Origin: Thermodesulfobacteriota bacterium
GTDB lineage: Bacteria; Desulfobacterota_D; UBA1144; Nemesobacterales; UBA2774
NCBI GenBank assembly: GCA_021604765.1
Contig: BQJP01000008.1
Span: 918-64,917, forward strand
Length of the DNA stretch: 64,000 nt
Direction of reading: 5' to 3'
This document shows, in pieces, positions 50,054-59,007 of this stretch. Below the pieces are notes generated by a model. The model had not been told where the DNA came from. It made no database searches and saw nothing but the letters and a program-made list of their open reading frames with translations. Both the position numbers and the translations under genes were made by a program. Every line of letters starts with the position of its first letter. Position 1 is the stretch's first letter.

Positions 50054-50560
50054 TTAGTAAGTAAAGGCGATGCCTATTAGTATTGCCTTAGAAGATTCTG
50101 CATGATATAAACCGATCTCAAACCCACAATCAATTGCTATTTGATCATTGGCCTCATATACAAAACTAGTTTTATGATATATTGGTTTTTCAGTATCATA
50201 TTCGGCAAACTCTCCTGCTACTTCTGAAACAACTGCTGTATTTTTTCTAAACGTAGGAACTTCTATCTCCAGCCCATAGTAAAACATTTCATCAAAAGGT
50301 TGGTCTATAAATATCTTGCTAGTTGGTGAATAGCCAAATTCCTCTTGTATTGGTGTAATAAATAGAATTTTTTCTAGTCCTAGCAAAACATCTGATTCAG
50401 ATCCAATTACTCTATATTCAATTCCTGTCTCTAACTCAACCTCCACTTTTTCGGATATATAGTCATAAACACCTTCGGTTGAAGAATGAGCAAACACTAA
50501 TTGAGAATTGAGAACGATGAAGAGTAAAAAAATCGTGTGAATAATAATTTTAAATAACAT
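50054..50560 (-). CDS. Secreted hypothetical protein
   Basis: Signal peptide. 168 aa. Tightly linked downstream of the TPR gene. Confidence 0.45.
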   Translation of the reverse strand: MLFKIIIHTIFLLFIVLNSQLVFAHSSTEGVYDYISEKVEVELETGIEYRVIGSESDVLLGLEKILFITPIQEEFGYSPTSKIFIDQPFDEMFYYGLEIEVPTFRKNTAVVSEVAGEFAEYDTEKPIYHKTSFVYEANDQIAIDCGFEIGLYHAESSKAILIGIAFTY

Positions 50561-50593
50561 TATGTTTCCCCCATATTTTTATTATATGAGACC

Positions 50594-51916
50594 TTACTTT
50601 CTAGTAACTAATATTGTATTTATATCCAGGATCAAAGCTTTAGATTCATTAACTTTGTTTTGATCAAAATATGGATTTATATCTAAAGCTAACTCAAAGT
50701 GCTTTTTAGCTTCCTTAAATTTATTCTGGCTATAGCAAATCATTCCCGCGTGATAATGGAGAAGGGCATCCTTTGTACCTAACTTAAGTGATTGGTTTAT
50801 GGCATCCTGAGCCTTATCAAGATCATTACGTTTGAAATGCACCCAAGCGAGTGTGTCATAAGCATAAATGTCTTCAGTATCTTTGGAATCTTGTAGGGCC
50901 AGATCTAACGCAAGGTCTAAATGTTTGTTACTATCTACATAAAATAATACAAGGTCTCTTGAGTGACCTTTAATGCCATCCTGTATTATCGTATCGTAAC
51001 TTTCCTCAGCCTTTTTATAAAGTCTGTCAGCCTTTTCGGTCTTGCCTTGGCTCTTGTAAATATCTCCAAGTGAAATATAAAACTGTGGTTTTGGGTTCAG
51101 CTCTAAGGTTTTTTCATAAAGATTAATTGCTTCTTCGAAATTACCTTTTATAGCATTTACTTCCGCCAGATGCTCAAGTGCAAGATAATAATTGTCATAG
51201 ATATCAAGTGCTTCTTTATAATAATCCCGGGCCTTGTCTAGCTCTCCAGTATTAAAATAAAATGAACCTAGAATTACTTTTGCCCAAGCTATGTTTTCAT
51301 TAGGCAGGTTCATTTTATTTCCATAATCTATTGATTTTTCCATCGCCTTAATTGCACCAATTGTGTCGCCCCAGAGAAACTTTAATTGAGCTATCCTGCT
51401 GTATGAATAAAAACCGGGCTCTAGATAGAGCATAAGTCCGTACGCTTTTAGAGCTTCTTCATACATACCAAGTTCAAGAAAGGCATCTCCTTGAAGTCCA
51501 TAAGATATAGCCTTGTCTGGCCTCAACTCTATTGCTTTTTTCGCATAATTTATTGATTTGTGAAAATCATGTTTATATGAACTAATCTGCCCTAAGTAGA
51601 TGTAAGCAGCATATGAATCAGGATAAAGCTCGAGTGCTCTCTCTATAGCTTTTTCTGCTAGTTGATAAGGGCCTATTTGACCCACTTCCCTACCTTTTTG
51701 TATGTAAGATTCTCCAAGTTTTAAGTAGTAATAGTAATCTTCAGGATGTTTGTTGATCTTAGTTTTATATAAATTTATCTCCTTATCAGCCGGACTTTCT
51801 ATGGCTACCTTTTCAACTTCACTATGAGAATGTCCACCTTTATGAGCGTAAGAGAAAGCTGGTGAAACTAATAATGCTATGAAGAAAAAAATTATTGGTG
51901 ATCTATATGTTATCAT
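50594..51916 (-). CDS. Secreted TPR-repeat protein with an N-terminal His-rich segment
   Basis: Signal peptide, HKGGHSHSE, and multiple TPR units (…YYYLKLGESY…, …ALKAYGLMLYLEP…). Confidence 0.75.
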   Translation of the reverse strand: MITYRSPIIFFFIALLVSPAFSYAHKGGHSHSEVEKVAIESPADKEINLYKTKINKHPEDYYYYLKLGESYIQKGREVGQIGPYQLAEKAIERALELYPDSYAAYIYLGQISSYKHDFHKSINYAKKAIELRPDKAISYGLQGDAFLELGMYEEALKAYGLMLYLEPGFYSYSRIAQLKFLWGDTIGAIKAMEKSIDYGNKMNLPNENIAWAKVILGSFYFNTGELDKARDYYKEALDIYDNYYLALEHLAEVNAIKGNFEEAINLYEKTLELNPKPQFYISLGDIYKSQGKTEKADRLYKKAEESYDTIIQDGIKGHSRDLVLFYVDSNKHLDLALDLALQDSKDTEDIYAYDTLAWVHFKRNDLDKAQDAINQSLKLGTKDALLHYHAGMICYSQNKFKEAKKHFELALDINPYFDQNKVNESKALILDINTILVTRK

Positions 51917-51958
51917 GGTTTATCCTCCTATTTAGATTGCAAATTAAGCAGTAAAATG

Positions 51959-51979
51959 AGGGGGCATGCTGCCCCCTCT
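51959..51979 (-). terminator. Intercistronic hairpin (9-bp GC stem GAGGGGGCA/TGCCCCCTC) between the DUF4331 and TPR genes
   Basis: Perfect 9-bp stem with a 3-nt loop. The downstream U-tract on the minus strand is weak, so this is a possible partial terminator or attenuator. Confidence 0.35.
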
Positions 51980-51988
51980 ATTATTCTA

Positions 51989-53647
51989 TTAATCAACTGG
52001 ACAAAAGCCCGTGTCTGTACCTGTACAACCAAACTCTCCTGGATCAACGTGACGGCTATTGCGTCCATCATTTGGATAATTCAAATAAGGAAATGATGTG
52101 CGGTATGGAAGCACATCATTTGCGTTAACACCATCGCCAATTCTATTGTGAGGAAAGATGTTGAAATCAGGATTTAATACTCCTACAGCTACACGGGATG
52201 TAATATCAATCACATCATCAATCACACGACGTCCGTTAGGAAATCCGGCAGGGTCATCATTGAACTCATCATCATCAAGAACGGTCAGGAAACCTAAACG
52301 GCTTTGCTGATCAGGCGGTGTTGGAGGAACTCCAGTGTTAAGTCTGAGCAGGTCAGCAATCGGTCCTGTTGGTGTTCCCTCAGGAGCAATAGGTGCTGTG
52401 TACTGTACTAGTGGTAAAAGATCAAGCCTTGGAACATTAGGTATAGGAAGAATGTTCGGGCCAAATAGAGCCTCATATACTGAGTTCAATACTCTAGCAA
52501 TTACTGGATCGAGAAAGAAATCTGAGAACTCTGCATCATTTTTTGGCTGAGCCATACTGAACTTATCTTTAAATCCAATACCAATGATTAGCTCGTTAAT
52601 TAGAGGATTAGCCATTCTTTGAATCTGAGTGAATCTTCTTGATAGTCTGGGATCTTCTCCAGGTCCTCTGAAAGTTTTCTTGGTAGGTCTTGAGCTTGTT
52701 CCCCACATACCTATTGTGGACTCTGGTTCTGAGGCGCTATGAATCTCGCCATCGCTAGTTAGAAGTTCTATTGGAACTTCTATGGCAATAGCGTTTACGT
52801 TATAACCAGAGAACTCATCAGAAGCATAGTTGTTAAAATCATCAGCATCTTGTTCATCAGTTAATACACCCTGTACAACAAAACCTTGGGTTCTGAAATT
52901 GAATGAATCGAATGCTGCGCCAAGATCTAGCCAGAACGGATCATCAACAGTACCGGCAAAAGATTTAACACCGTTATCAAGCTTATAAATACCCTGCTCA
53001 AATAATAATGGGTAATTAGGCATGGTTCTTGGGCCTGCATTGGTAGGAACTTTAAATAGTGATCCACCGTTAGCATTTTGAAGGACTGTACGTTTCTTTC
53101 CTTTTACCATTGTAACGGTATAGGACTGTCTTAGACCAAGTCCTTCAGACCCGGGTCCATCTAAAGCTGTAATTGCTGGTGGGACAACCAGCTGTCCAAC
53201 AGTTGAATTTCCGTTTAAGTCATCCGGAGAATTAGCTGGCGCATTTACACCACCAAGCGCACCAACATACGCAGTAAATACATTTGGTAATCGAATTTCA
53301 TTCTGAAAGCGAAATTCGAAAACTATATCTTCCACTGCGTCATGGTCGTTATCAACCCTAATTGCATATAGAATTTCAGGATCGAAGGGGAAATATGTAG
53401 GACCGTTTCCTGGTTCTAGAAACGGGTCGTAAGTTACAATCATTGTAACTTTGTCAGAAGCGCTAGGATCCGAAGGATCATAACTTACGAAAGCAAATAC
53501 ATCTGGTATATCGGCTTCGTCATCTATCGCAGTTATAGGAGCCTCTCTATGATTAGCTGCCTGTGCGATATTTTGAATACTTGTAATAGACATTGTTAAG
53601 CCCATTATCAATAATGCAAATACGGTGAAAACTCTTGAAATACTCAT
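51989..53647 (-). CDS. Secreted DUF4331-family protein
   Basis: Signal peptide, then …ANHREAP…DDEADIPDVFAF… The true start is likely ATG 53647 (MSISRVF) with GGAGGT 7 nt upstream. Confidence 0.6.
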   Translation of the reverse strand: MSISRVFTVFALLIMGLTMSITSIQNIAQAANHREAPITAIDDEADIPDVFAFVSYDPSDPSASDKVTMIVTYDPFLEPGNGPTYFPFDPEILYAIRVDNDHDAVEDIVFEFRFQNEIRLPNVFTAYVGALGGVNAPANSPDDLNGNSTVGQLVVPPAITALDGPGSEGLGLRQSYTVTMVKGKKRTVLQNANGGSLFKVPTNAGPRTMPNYPLLFEQGIYKLDNGVKSFAGTVDDPFWLDLGAAFDSFNFRTQGFVVQGVLTDEQDADDFNNYASDEFSGYNVNAIAIEVPIELLTSDGEIHSASEPESTIGMWGTSSRPTKKTFRGPGEDPRLSRRFTQIQRMANPLINELIIGIGFKDKFSMAQPKNDAEFSDFFLDPVIARVLNSVYEALFGPNILPIPNVPRLDLLPLVQYTAPIAPEGTPTGPIADLLRLNTGVPPTPPDQQSRLGFLTVLDDDEFNDDPAGFPNGRRVIDDVIDITSRVAVGVLNPDFNIFPHNRIGDGVNANDVLPYRTSFPYLNYPNDGRNSRHVDPGEFGCTGTDTGFCPVD

Positions 53648-53681
53648 AATTCTTACCTCCATTGAAGTTGTTTTGAATATA

Positions 53682-53709
53682 TATACGGAGGTTGTTCTGA
53701 ATTGGAGCA
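53682..53709 (-). promoter_or_regulatory. ECF-type promoter TGCTCCAA-N14-CGTATA upstream of DUF4331
   Basis: Minus strand: TGCTCC (53709-53704), a 16-nt spacer, then CGTATA (53687-53682). It shares the motif found at 55081, 55651 and 57085. Confidence 0.55.
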
Positions 53710-53769
53710 TATATTTTATAGAACTAATATGTATTTTATAATATATATGTATTATTTTGACTTCTGGAA

Positions 53770-53802
53770 ACTAAAACGGCTGCCTTTTAGACAGCCGTTT
53801 AT
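53770..53802 (-). terminator. Intrinsic terminator after msrB (stem AACGGCTG/CAGCCGTT, U-tract on minus strand)
   Basis: 8-bp stem at 53775-53782 and 53792-53799. Confidence 0.5.
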
Positions 53803-53881
53803 ACAAGATAGGAGATTAAGAGATGATTCTTAAAGGGGGATTTAGATTCTTTGTTACGATAAATTTTATCAATATGCACTA

Positions 53882-54412
53882 TTAATTCTTTTCCTCTACA
53901 AAAACAAGCGCACCCGAGTTTAAACAATATCTAAGGCCTGTTGGTTCTGGTCCATCGTTGAAGACGTGTCCCAAATGCTCTCCGCATTTTGACAAAACTT
54001 CAGTTCTTTTAAAACCTAGGTCGTAATCATCCTTGAGTACTATTGCATCTTCAGAGATAGGTTGATAGAAACTCGGCCATCCAGTACCAGAATCGTATTT
54101 ATGTTCTGAACTAAATACTGGCTCTTTACAGCCTGCGGTTAGGTATACGCCTTCCTTCTTATTGTAAAGCAGATCTCCCGAGAATGCTTTTTCTGTTCCT
54201 TTCTCCCAAAGCAACTGATACTGAACCGGCGTTAACCTTTGCTTCCATTCTTCTTTGGTAATTTTTGAGAGATCATTTGTGTTGGATTCTTCCTGCGTAG
54301 CCTCTGAAACTTTCACATAACCAATTGACTCTTTTTGCGTTGAATTAAAATATAATAGCCCAAGAGCTAAAATCACTACTAACATTATTCCCGTCGATAT
54401 TCTTTCATTCAT
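53882..54412 (-). CDS. msrB: Peptide-methionine (R)-S-oxide reductase MsrB with N-terminal signal/anchor
   Basis: …[24 protein letters not shown]… catalytic Cys motif. A Cys pair (…GCKEPVF…CGEH…) is consistent with the zinc site. Confidence 0.85.
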   Translation of the reverse strand: MNERISTGIMLVVILALGLLYFNSTQKESIGYVKVSEATQEESNTNDLSKITKEEWKQRLTPVQYQLLWEKGTEKAFSGDLLYNKKEGVYLTAGCKEPVFSSEHKYDSGTGWPSFYQPISEDAIVLKDDYDLGFKRTEVLSKCGEHLGHVFNDGPEPTGLRYCLNSGALVFVEEKN

Positions 54413-54481
54413 GGTTTTCTCCTCTAAAATAGAAGGCGCTTTTGAATTGCTATAAGCGCCCCTCTATTGTTTTTCATATAC

Positions 54482-55048
54482 TTAATTAGGTAATACAACA
54501 GTGTCTATGACGTGGATTACACCGTTTGACTGTATTACGTCATATGTCGTAATATTTGCAAAATTGCCCATTTCGTCCTTAAGAACAACGTTTGTTGGAC
54601 CATTCATCCAAGCAACTAAAGTATCACCACTAGCAGTTTTGAACTCAGCCTGTCCGCCTGCAGCTTTGATCTGCTCTGAAAGAGCCTTGAAATCTAGTCT
54701 TCCAGGAATTACATGATATGTGAGCACCTTAGTAAGGGTTTCCTTATTCTCGGGTTTTAGAAGTGTCTCAACAGTTCCTTCAGGTAGGTTTTCAAAAGCG
54801 TCATTTGTAGGAGCAAATACTGTAAATGGTCCTGGGCTTTTGAGAGTCTCAACCAACTCAGCTGCTTTTACTGCTGCAACCAAAGTGGTATGATCCTTCG
54901 AGTTAACAGCGTTGTCTATAATATCCTTTGTAGGATACATAGCCTCACCGCCAACTATTACATTACTTGCAAAAACATTTGATGCTGCCACTGTTAAAGT
55001 AGCAACAACAAGAAACATCATAATAAATTTTTTGAATATACTGTGCAT
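54482..55048 (-). CDS. Secreted fasciclin (FAS1) domain protein
   Basis: …FTVFAPTNDAF…TYHVIPG… FAS1 motifs. Confidence 0.85.
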   Translation of the reverse strand: MHSIFKKFIMMFLVVATLTVAASNVFASNVIVGGEAMYPTKDIIDNAVNSKDHTTLVAAVKAAELVETLKSPGPFTVFAPTNDAFENLPEGTVETLLKPENKETLTKVLTYHVIPGRLDFKALSEQIKAAGGQAEFKTASGDTLVAWMNGPTNVVLKDEMGNFANITTYDVIQSNGVIHVIDTVVLPN

Positions 55049-55080
55049 TTAAGCACCTCCTTAATTTTTTTTCATATATG

Positions 55081-55108
55081 ATTACGGAGGTTACTTTGAG
55101 TTGGATCA
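55081..55108 (-). promoter_or_regulatory. ECF-type promoter TGATCCAA-N14-CGTAAT upstream of fasciclin-msrB
   Basis: Minus strand: TGATCC (55108-55103), a 16-nt spacer, then CGTAAT (55086-55081). RBS GGAGGTG before ATG 55048. Confidence 0.6.
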
Positions 55109-55244
55109 TAAAAAAGAATATTTTTTTGATTAGCACGAACTTTATTATAGAAAGTAGACTGCGAAATTATTCAGATTAGCATATGAGACGATAAAGCAAT
55201 TTAATCTCTAGTAACAATAAGGAGTTAATATTTTTTAGATTACA

Positions 55245-55292
55245 AAAAAGACGGGGGAAGCCTTGTCTATTATGGACTTGGCTTCCCTCTTT
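55245..55292 (-). terminator. Intrinsic terminator (stem GGGAAGCC/GGCTTCCC) after the small secreted protein gene
   Basis: 8-bp GC stem at 55255-55262 and 55280-55287. The minus strand is followed by CCGTCTTTTTT. Confidence 0.55.
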
Positions 55293-55307
55293 TGGGTTGG
55301 GGTATGG

Positions 55308-55586
55308 TTATGATTTGTTGGCTGTGGGGACACTAACGCCAAAGACTATCAAACTGTCTTGATCACTCGAATTATTAACTTGCTTCGAGTCTGTTTCTAT
55401 ATTTTCGCCTTTTGAGCTTATATAGAAACTAATGAAATCTGTCTCAACCATTCCACCTTTTGCTTGGTCGTTAACAGTGCTTTTAACTACGGGTGTTTGT
55501 ACACCGAAAACGTTAACGTCTGCAAAGGATAAGGAAGGACTTAGTAGAGCTAGACTCAATGTTGCTATTGCTAATAGCTTTCTCAT
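55308..55586 (-). CDS. Small secreted hypothetical protein
   Basis: 92 aa with a signal peptide. Confidence 0.5.
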   Translation of the reverse strand: MRKLLAIATLSLALLSPSLSFADVNVFGVQTPVVKSTVNDQAKGGMVETDFISFYISSKGENIETDSKQVNNSSDQDSLIVFGVSVPTANKS

Positions 55587-55650
55587 TTGACTTACCTCCT
55601 TTTAAAATATTTATTCTGAGCCGCTAGGATCATGAATATGTTTTCCTAAG

Positions 55651-55678
55651 ATTACGTTGATACAATAATATTGGATCA
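55651..55678 (-). promoter_or_regulatory. ECF-type promoter TGATCCAA-N14-CGTAAT upstream of the small secreted protein gene
   Basis: Minus strand: TGATCC (55678-55673), a 16-nt spacer, then CGTAAT (55656-55651). Confidence 0.55.
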
Positions 55679-55772
55679 CTTATTTTAATAAGAGGTGGAT
55701 TTATTGAGATTATTACAATTGTTAAGATTTATATTATAGAAAATTATATGAATATTCGATCAAGAATGAAGC

Positions 55773-56381
55773 TTATTCGGCAGGCAACATCTCATTTTCT
55801 TGAGAAGCTTGTATTAATAGGAAACAACCTGTTACAGTGGAAATACTTTCATGAACACTATGTGCATCAGCTCGAATATAATCTCCTTTACCAAAGGTCA
55901 TTCCGCCCATGCTTAACTCACCTTCTATGATGTAACACTCTTCAGCTTCTGCATGAACATGGTCTGGGAAAGTCGATCCAGGATCCATTTTTACAAGAAC
56001 AGTTGAATACTTTCGGGCAGGATCTTCATAAAGCTGTTTTACTTTGACACCATCTACGACTTCAACCCAATCACCTTGATTTTCTCGCACAAATAGATAA
56101 CCGGTTTCCTTCTCTGCTACATCCCTTTCTTTTTGGATTTTTGTAAAAAGTTTATCCTCTAAGCCTCTTGGTTCTTTGCGGGGCTCAGTACTATAAGTTA
56201 CGTCTTCCATTATTTCGTTGAAGTAATCAAGATGCACAGATGCTGAGCCATTTTCTTTAAGCATAGCCTCAAATACTGCTTTATCTTCGTCACCTAAAAC
56301 TCCTAATGCATAAGAAGCAGCCAGATCTTGAATTTCTTCGTCAGTGTACTTTTGACTCATATAAATGTCCTTGTTCTTCAT
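55773..56381 (-). CDS. Cytoplasmic anti-sigma factor: RskA-like N-terminal sigma-binding domain + C-terminal cupin (ChrR-like architecture)
   Basis: N-terminus …LAASYALGVLGDEDKAVFEAML… with no Cys and no TM. C-terminal cupin …VLVKMDPGSTFPDHVH…EECYIIEGEL… It overlaps the ECF sigma gene upstream. Confidence 0.65.
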   Translation of the reverse strand: MKNKDIYMSQKYTDEEIQDLAASYALGVLGDEDKAVFEAMLKENGSASVHLDYFNEIMEDVTYSTEPRKEPRGLEDKLFTKIQKERDVAEKETGYLFVRENQGDWVEVVDGVKVKQLYEDPARKYSTVLVKMDPGSTFPDHVHAEAEECYIIEGELSMGGMTFGKGDYIRADAHSVHESISTVTGCFLLIQASQENEMLPAE

Positions 56382-57021
56382 TAATTATATTCTTCATTTT
56401 AACCATTGCAACTCTGATAGTGCTCTTTACAGATCCTACGGGAATACCAACTTTATCCGCAATTTCACTATGGCTGTACTGATGATAATAAGAAAGCTCC
56501 ACGACCTCTTTTTGCTTAGGTGTGAGTTGAGCCATGGCATGTTTTGTGATTTTTCTCATTTCTGAAGCAACATAAGTATCTTCAGGATTATCTGTTCCCG
56601 TCACCATGCTATCATCAATGCTATCGTCAATGTGAACTGTTTTTGCACTTTTTCTAATCTTATCAATTGAACGGCTCCTGGTAATCATCAATAACCAACT
56701 TAAAGGCTTGCTCAGATCTGAATCATATTTGGATGCGTTGTTCCATACATACATAAATACCTCAAGGGCAACTTCTTCAGCCTCTTCCGGATTAGAAATA
56801 ATCTTATGAGACATACTGTAAACTAGTCTTACAGTTTGTTGGTAAAACGTTCTCATTGCATTTTCATCGCCATTTGAAATTAGCGATAATAATGTTTTTA
56901 ATTCATTTTCCCTGTCAGTGTGCTCAGTAGCAACTGTAGCAGTATCCTGATTCATTTTTTCCCTGTAACTATCTAAGAATAATATGTTAGAATCATTTAT
57001 CTTTGCCATTATATCACACAC
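56341..57021 (-). CDS. ECF sigma factor (cognate to the cupin anti-sigma)
   Basis: Sigma-70 region 2 …EVALEVFMYVWNNASKYD… and region 4 …YSHSEIADKVGIPVGSVKSTI…. Confidence 0.8.
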   Translation of the reverse strand: MCDIMAKINDSNILFLDSYREKMNQDTATVATEHTDRENELKTLLSLISNGDENAMRTFYQQTVRLVYSMSHKIISNPEEAEEVALEVFMYVWNNASKYDSDLSKPLSWLLMITRSRSIDKIRKSAKTVHIDDSIDDSMVTGTDNPEDTYVASEMRKITKHAMAQLTPKQKEVVELSYYHQYSHSEIADKVGIPVGSVKSTIRVAMVKMKNIINEEQGHLYESKVH

Positions 57022-57084
57022 TCTATTCTATATCCAATCATTAAATTACCTTTTTATAGTTACAGAAATACTTATTCGAATAGT

Positions 57085-57112
57085 AATACGACAACTAGAT
57101 CAAATTGGATCA
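57085..57112 (-). promoter_or_regulatory. Autoregulatory ECF promoter TGATCCAA-N14-CGTATT
   Basis: Minus strand: TGATCC (57112-57107), a 16-nt spacer, then CGTATT (57090-57085). It lies upstream of the ECF/anti-sigma operon. Confidence 0.6.
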
Positions 57113-57208
57113 CTTATCTTTGTACTTAAGAAGAAAACATAGAAATGGAGCTGTATTAATAAGAGGTATTCTGCTATGCTTGCAGTAGTTTAGGATAGTT
57201 TGCAAGTT

Positions 57209-57799
57209 CTATTCATCTAATAAATTTAGAGTGTTTTTTAGTTTATCTTTAGCTAGTCTGATTGTGCTTTTTACAGAACCGACAGGCATATCCAACATTT
57301 CTGCAATTTCTGACTGATTGAATTGATAGAAGTAGACAAGCTCTATAACTTTTCTCTGCTTTGGGCTTAATTCCAATAAAGCATCCTGAACGATTTTACG
57401 CTTTTCCTGCCCTAAAACTGTATCTTCCGGGCTAAGATCAGTATTCGTCAATTCTCTTTCGAGCGAATCAGAAATCTCCATGGTGACTTTCCGTGAACGT
57501 AGTTTGTCTATGGCACGTGAGCGTGCAATCATTACAAGCCATGTAGTCGGGTTACTTTGTGAAGGATCAAAATTTGAAGCATTTTTCCAGACATACTTAT
57601 ATACATCTAGGGCAACTTCCTCAGATTCAGATGTATCACTAAGTATTTTCAGCACAAGGCTATATATCAGTCTATTAGACTCATCGTATAATTCACCTAG
57701 TGCATTATCATTTTGTTTTGCAATCTGTGTTAAAAGACGTTGCCATCTTTGATTTCTTTCTAAGGAAGTTTCGGATTTTATATTGATATCTGATGACAT
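57209..57799 (-). CDS. ECF sigma factor
   Basis: Region 2 …EVALDVYKYVWKNASNFD… and region 4 …FNQSEIAEMLDMPVGSVKSTIRLAK…. Confidence 0.8.
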   Translation of the reverse strand: MSSDINIKSETSLERNQRWQRLLTQIAKQNDNALGELYDESNRLIYSLVLKILSDTSESEEVALDVYKYVWKNASNFDPSQSNPTTWLVMIARSRAIDKLRSRKVTMEISDSLERELTNTDLSPEDTVLGQEKRKIVQDALLELSPKQRKVIELVYFYQFNQSEIAEMLDMPVGSVKSTIRLAKDKLKNTLNLLDE

Positions 57800-57990
57800 A
57801 TCTTATCCGTAAGCGGTTATGTAATTTTATACTATACAAAATTAACTGTATAGCGCAGCTAATATTAATTTATCACATAAAGTGAGCGAAATTTCAAAAG
57901 CGGACGTATACATGTTACAAAATATAGAAAAGTTATATGTAATTGTACTTTGATGTTACAAGATGTACCATATTATAATTGAGGAATAGC

Positions 57991-58806
57991 ATGCCTTACG
58001 ACGACAGAATCGAAGAGTTAATATCGGCTTATACACTTGGTGTACTAGACGGTAATGAACTTAAAGAACTCGAAGATTATATAAGAAAAAACCCTGGTGT
58101 TTACCAAGAATTAATCAATGAGAATGAAGCAGTATTCTCTCAGTTAGCTTATGTCCTAAAAGTCTCTAGTCCAAGACCAGGATTACGAAATGAACTATTG
58201 TCAGATATACAAAAAGAAAAAAAGGTTTATGAAATTGAGACCAAACCGCCTTTCTGGCAAAGGTTACAGCCCCTGTGGCTGGGGTTAGGCAGTGCTGTTG
58301 CAGCAATTCTGATAATTTCTCTATTTACCTATAGTTCGTCTCTCAATAACACTGTAAAAGAGCAGCAAGCTAAGATTTCAAATCTTGAGGCTCTTATCTC
58401 CGAAAAAGATTCGGAACTAGCTTTGCTACAAGAAGAATTCGGCTCGCAATCCGAAATGTTAGCGTTTCTTGATAATCCTGAAGTTGTTATTATAAATCTT
58501 GTAAAAACAGAGCCCAATCTAAAAGCTGTGGCCAGAGTGCTCTGGAACCCAGGGGATGATGAAGCACTGTTTTATGGAATAAACCTCCCGGAGGTTCCTG
58601 AAGGCAAGACTTACCAATTATGGGCAATAGCAGGAGAAAAGCCTGAAAGCCTGGGTGTATTTAATGTTGACAATCATGGCAACAATGTTCATCTAATAAA
58701 ATCTCTCAGTAATTTTGGTGACATCGGTACTTTTGCAGTCAGCCTTGAGCCAGCAGGCGGGGTTCCTCTACCTACCGGGAAGGTATATCTAGCCGGTGAA
58801 ATTTAG
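57991..58806 (+). CDS. Membrane anti-sigma factor (RskA / anti-sigma-K type)
   Basis: N-terminus …LISAYTLGVLDGNELKELEDY…, a single TM (…LGLGSAVAAILIISLF…), and a periplasmic C-domain. It is divergent from the ECF gene at 57799, with its own TTGATG-18-TATAAT promoter. ATG 57991 has GAGGA upstream. Confidence 0.7.
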   Translation: MPYDDRIEELISAYTLGVLDGNELKELEDYIRKNPGVYQELINENEAVFSQLAYVLKVSSPRPGLRNELLSDIQKEKKVYEIETKPPFWQRLQPLWLGLGSAVAAILIISLFTYSSSLNNTVKEQQAKISNLEALISEKDSELALLQEEFGSQSEMLAFLDNPEVVIINLVKTEPNLKAVARVLWNPGDDEALFYGINLPEVPEGKTYQLWAIAGEKPESLGVFNVDNHGNNVHLIKSLSNFGDIGTFAVSLEPAGGVPLPTGKVYLAGEI

Positions 58807-58931
58807 CCATTATATTTATTTTTGATCAACCTAAAATATGCAAATAAATGGAAGAACAATCCCACTACAATCACATAAGTTCATAAATAGCATGATAAAT
58901 CTAACAATTCAAGTGAGTTGTGCACTTGGAA

Positions 58932-58981
58932 CGGGGCTCTCATAAGGCCTGTGTCGGTGGTTCAAATCCACCCGTCGCCAC
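58932..58981 (+). repeat. 50-bp direct repeat copy 2 (3' half of tRNA-Met), putative attR
   Basis: Exact copy of 42443-42492. There is no 5' tRNA half here, so it is not a functional tRNA. Confidence 0.85.
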
Positions 58982-59007
58982 CAATCATTTCAATGTCTTA
59001 AGCTGAT

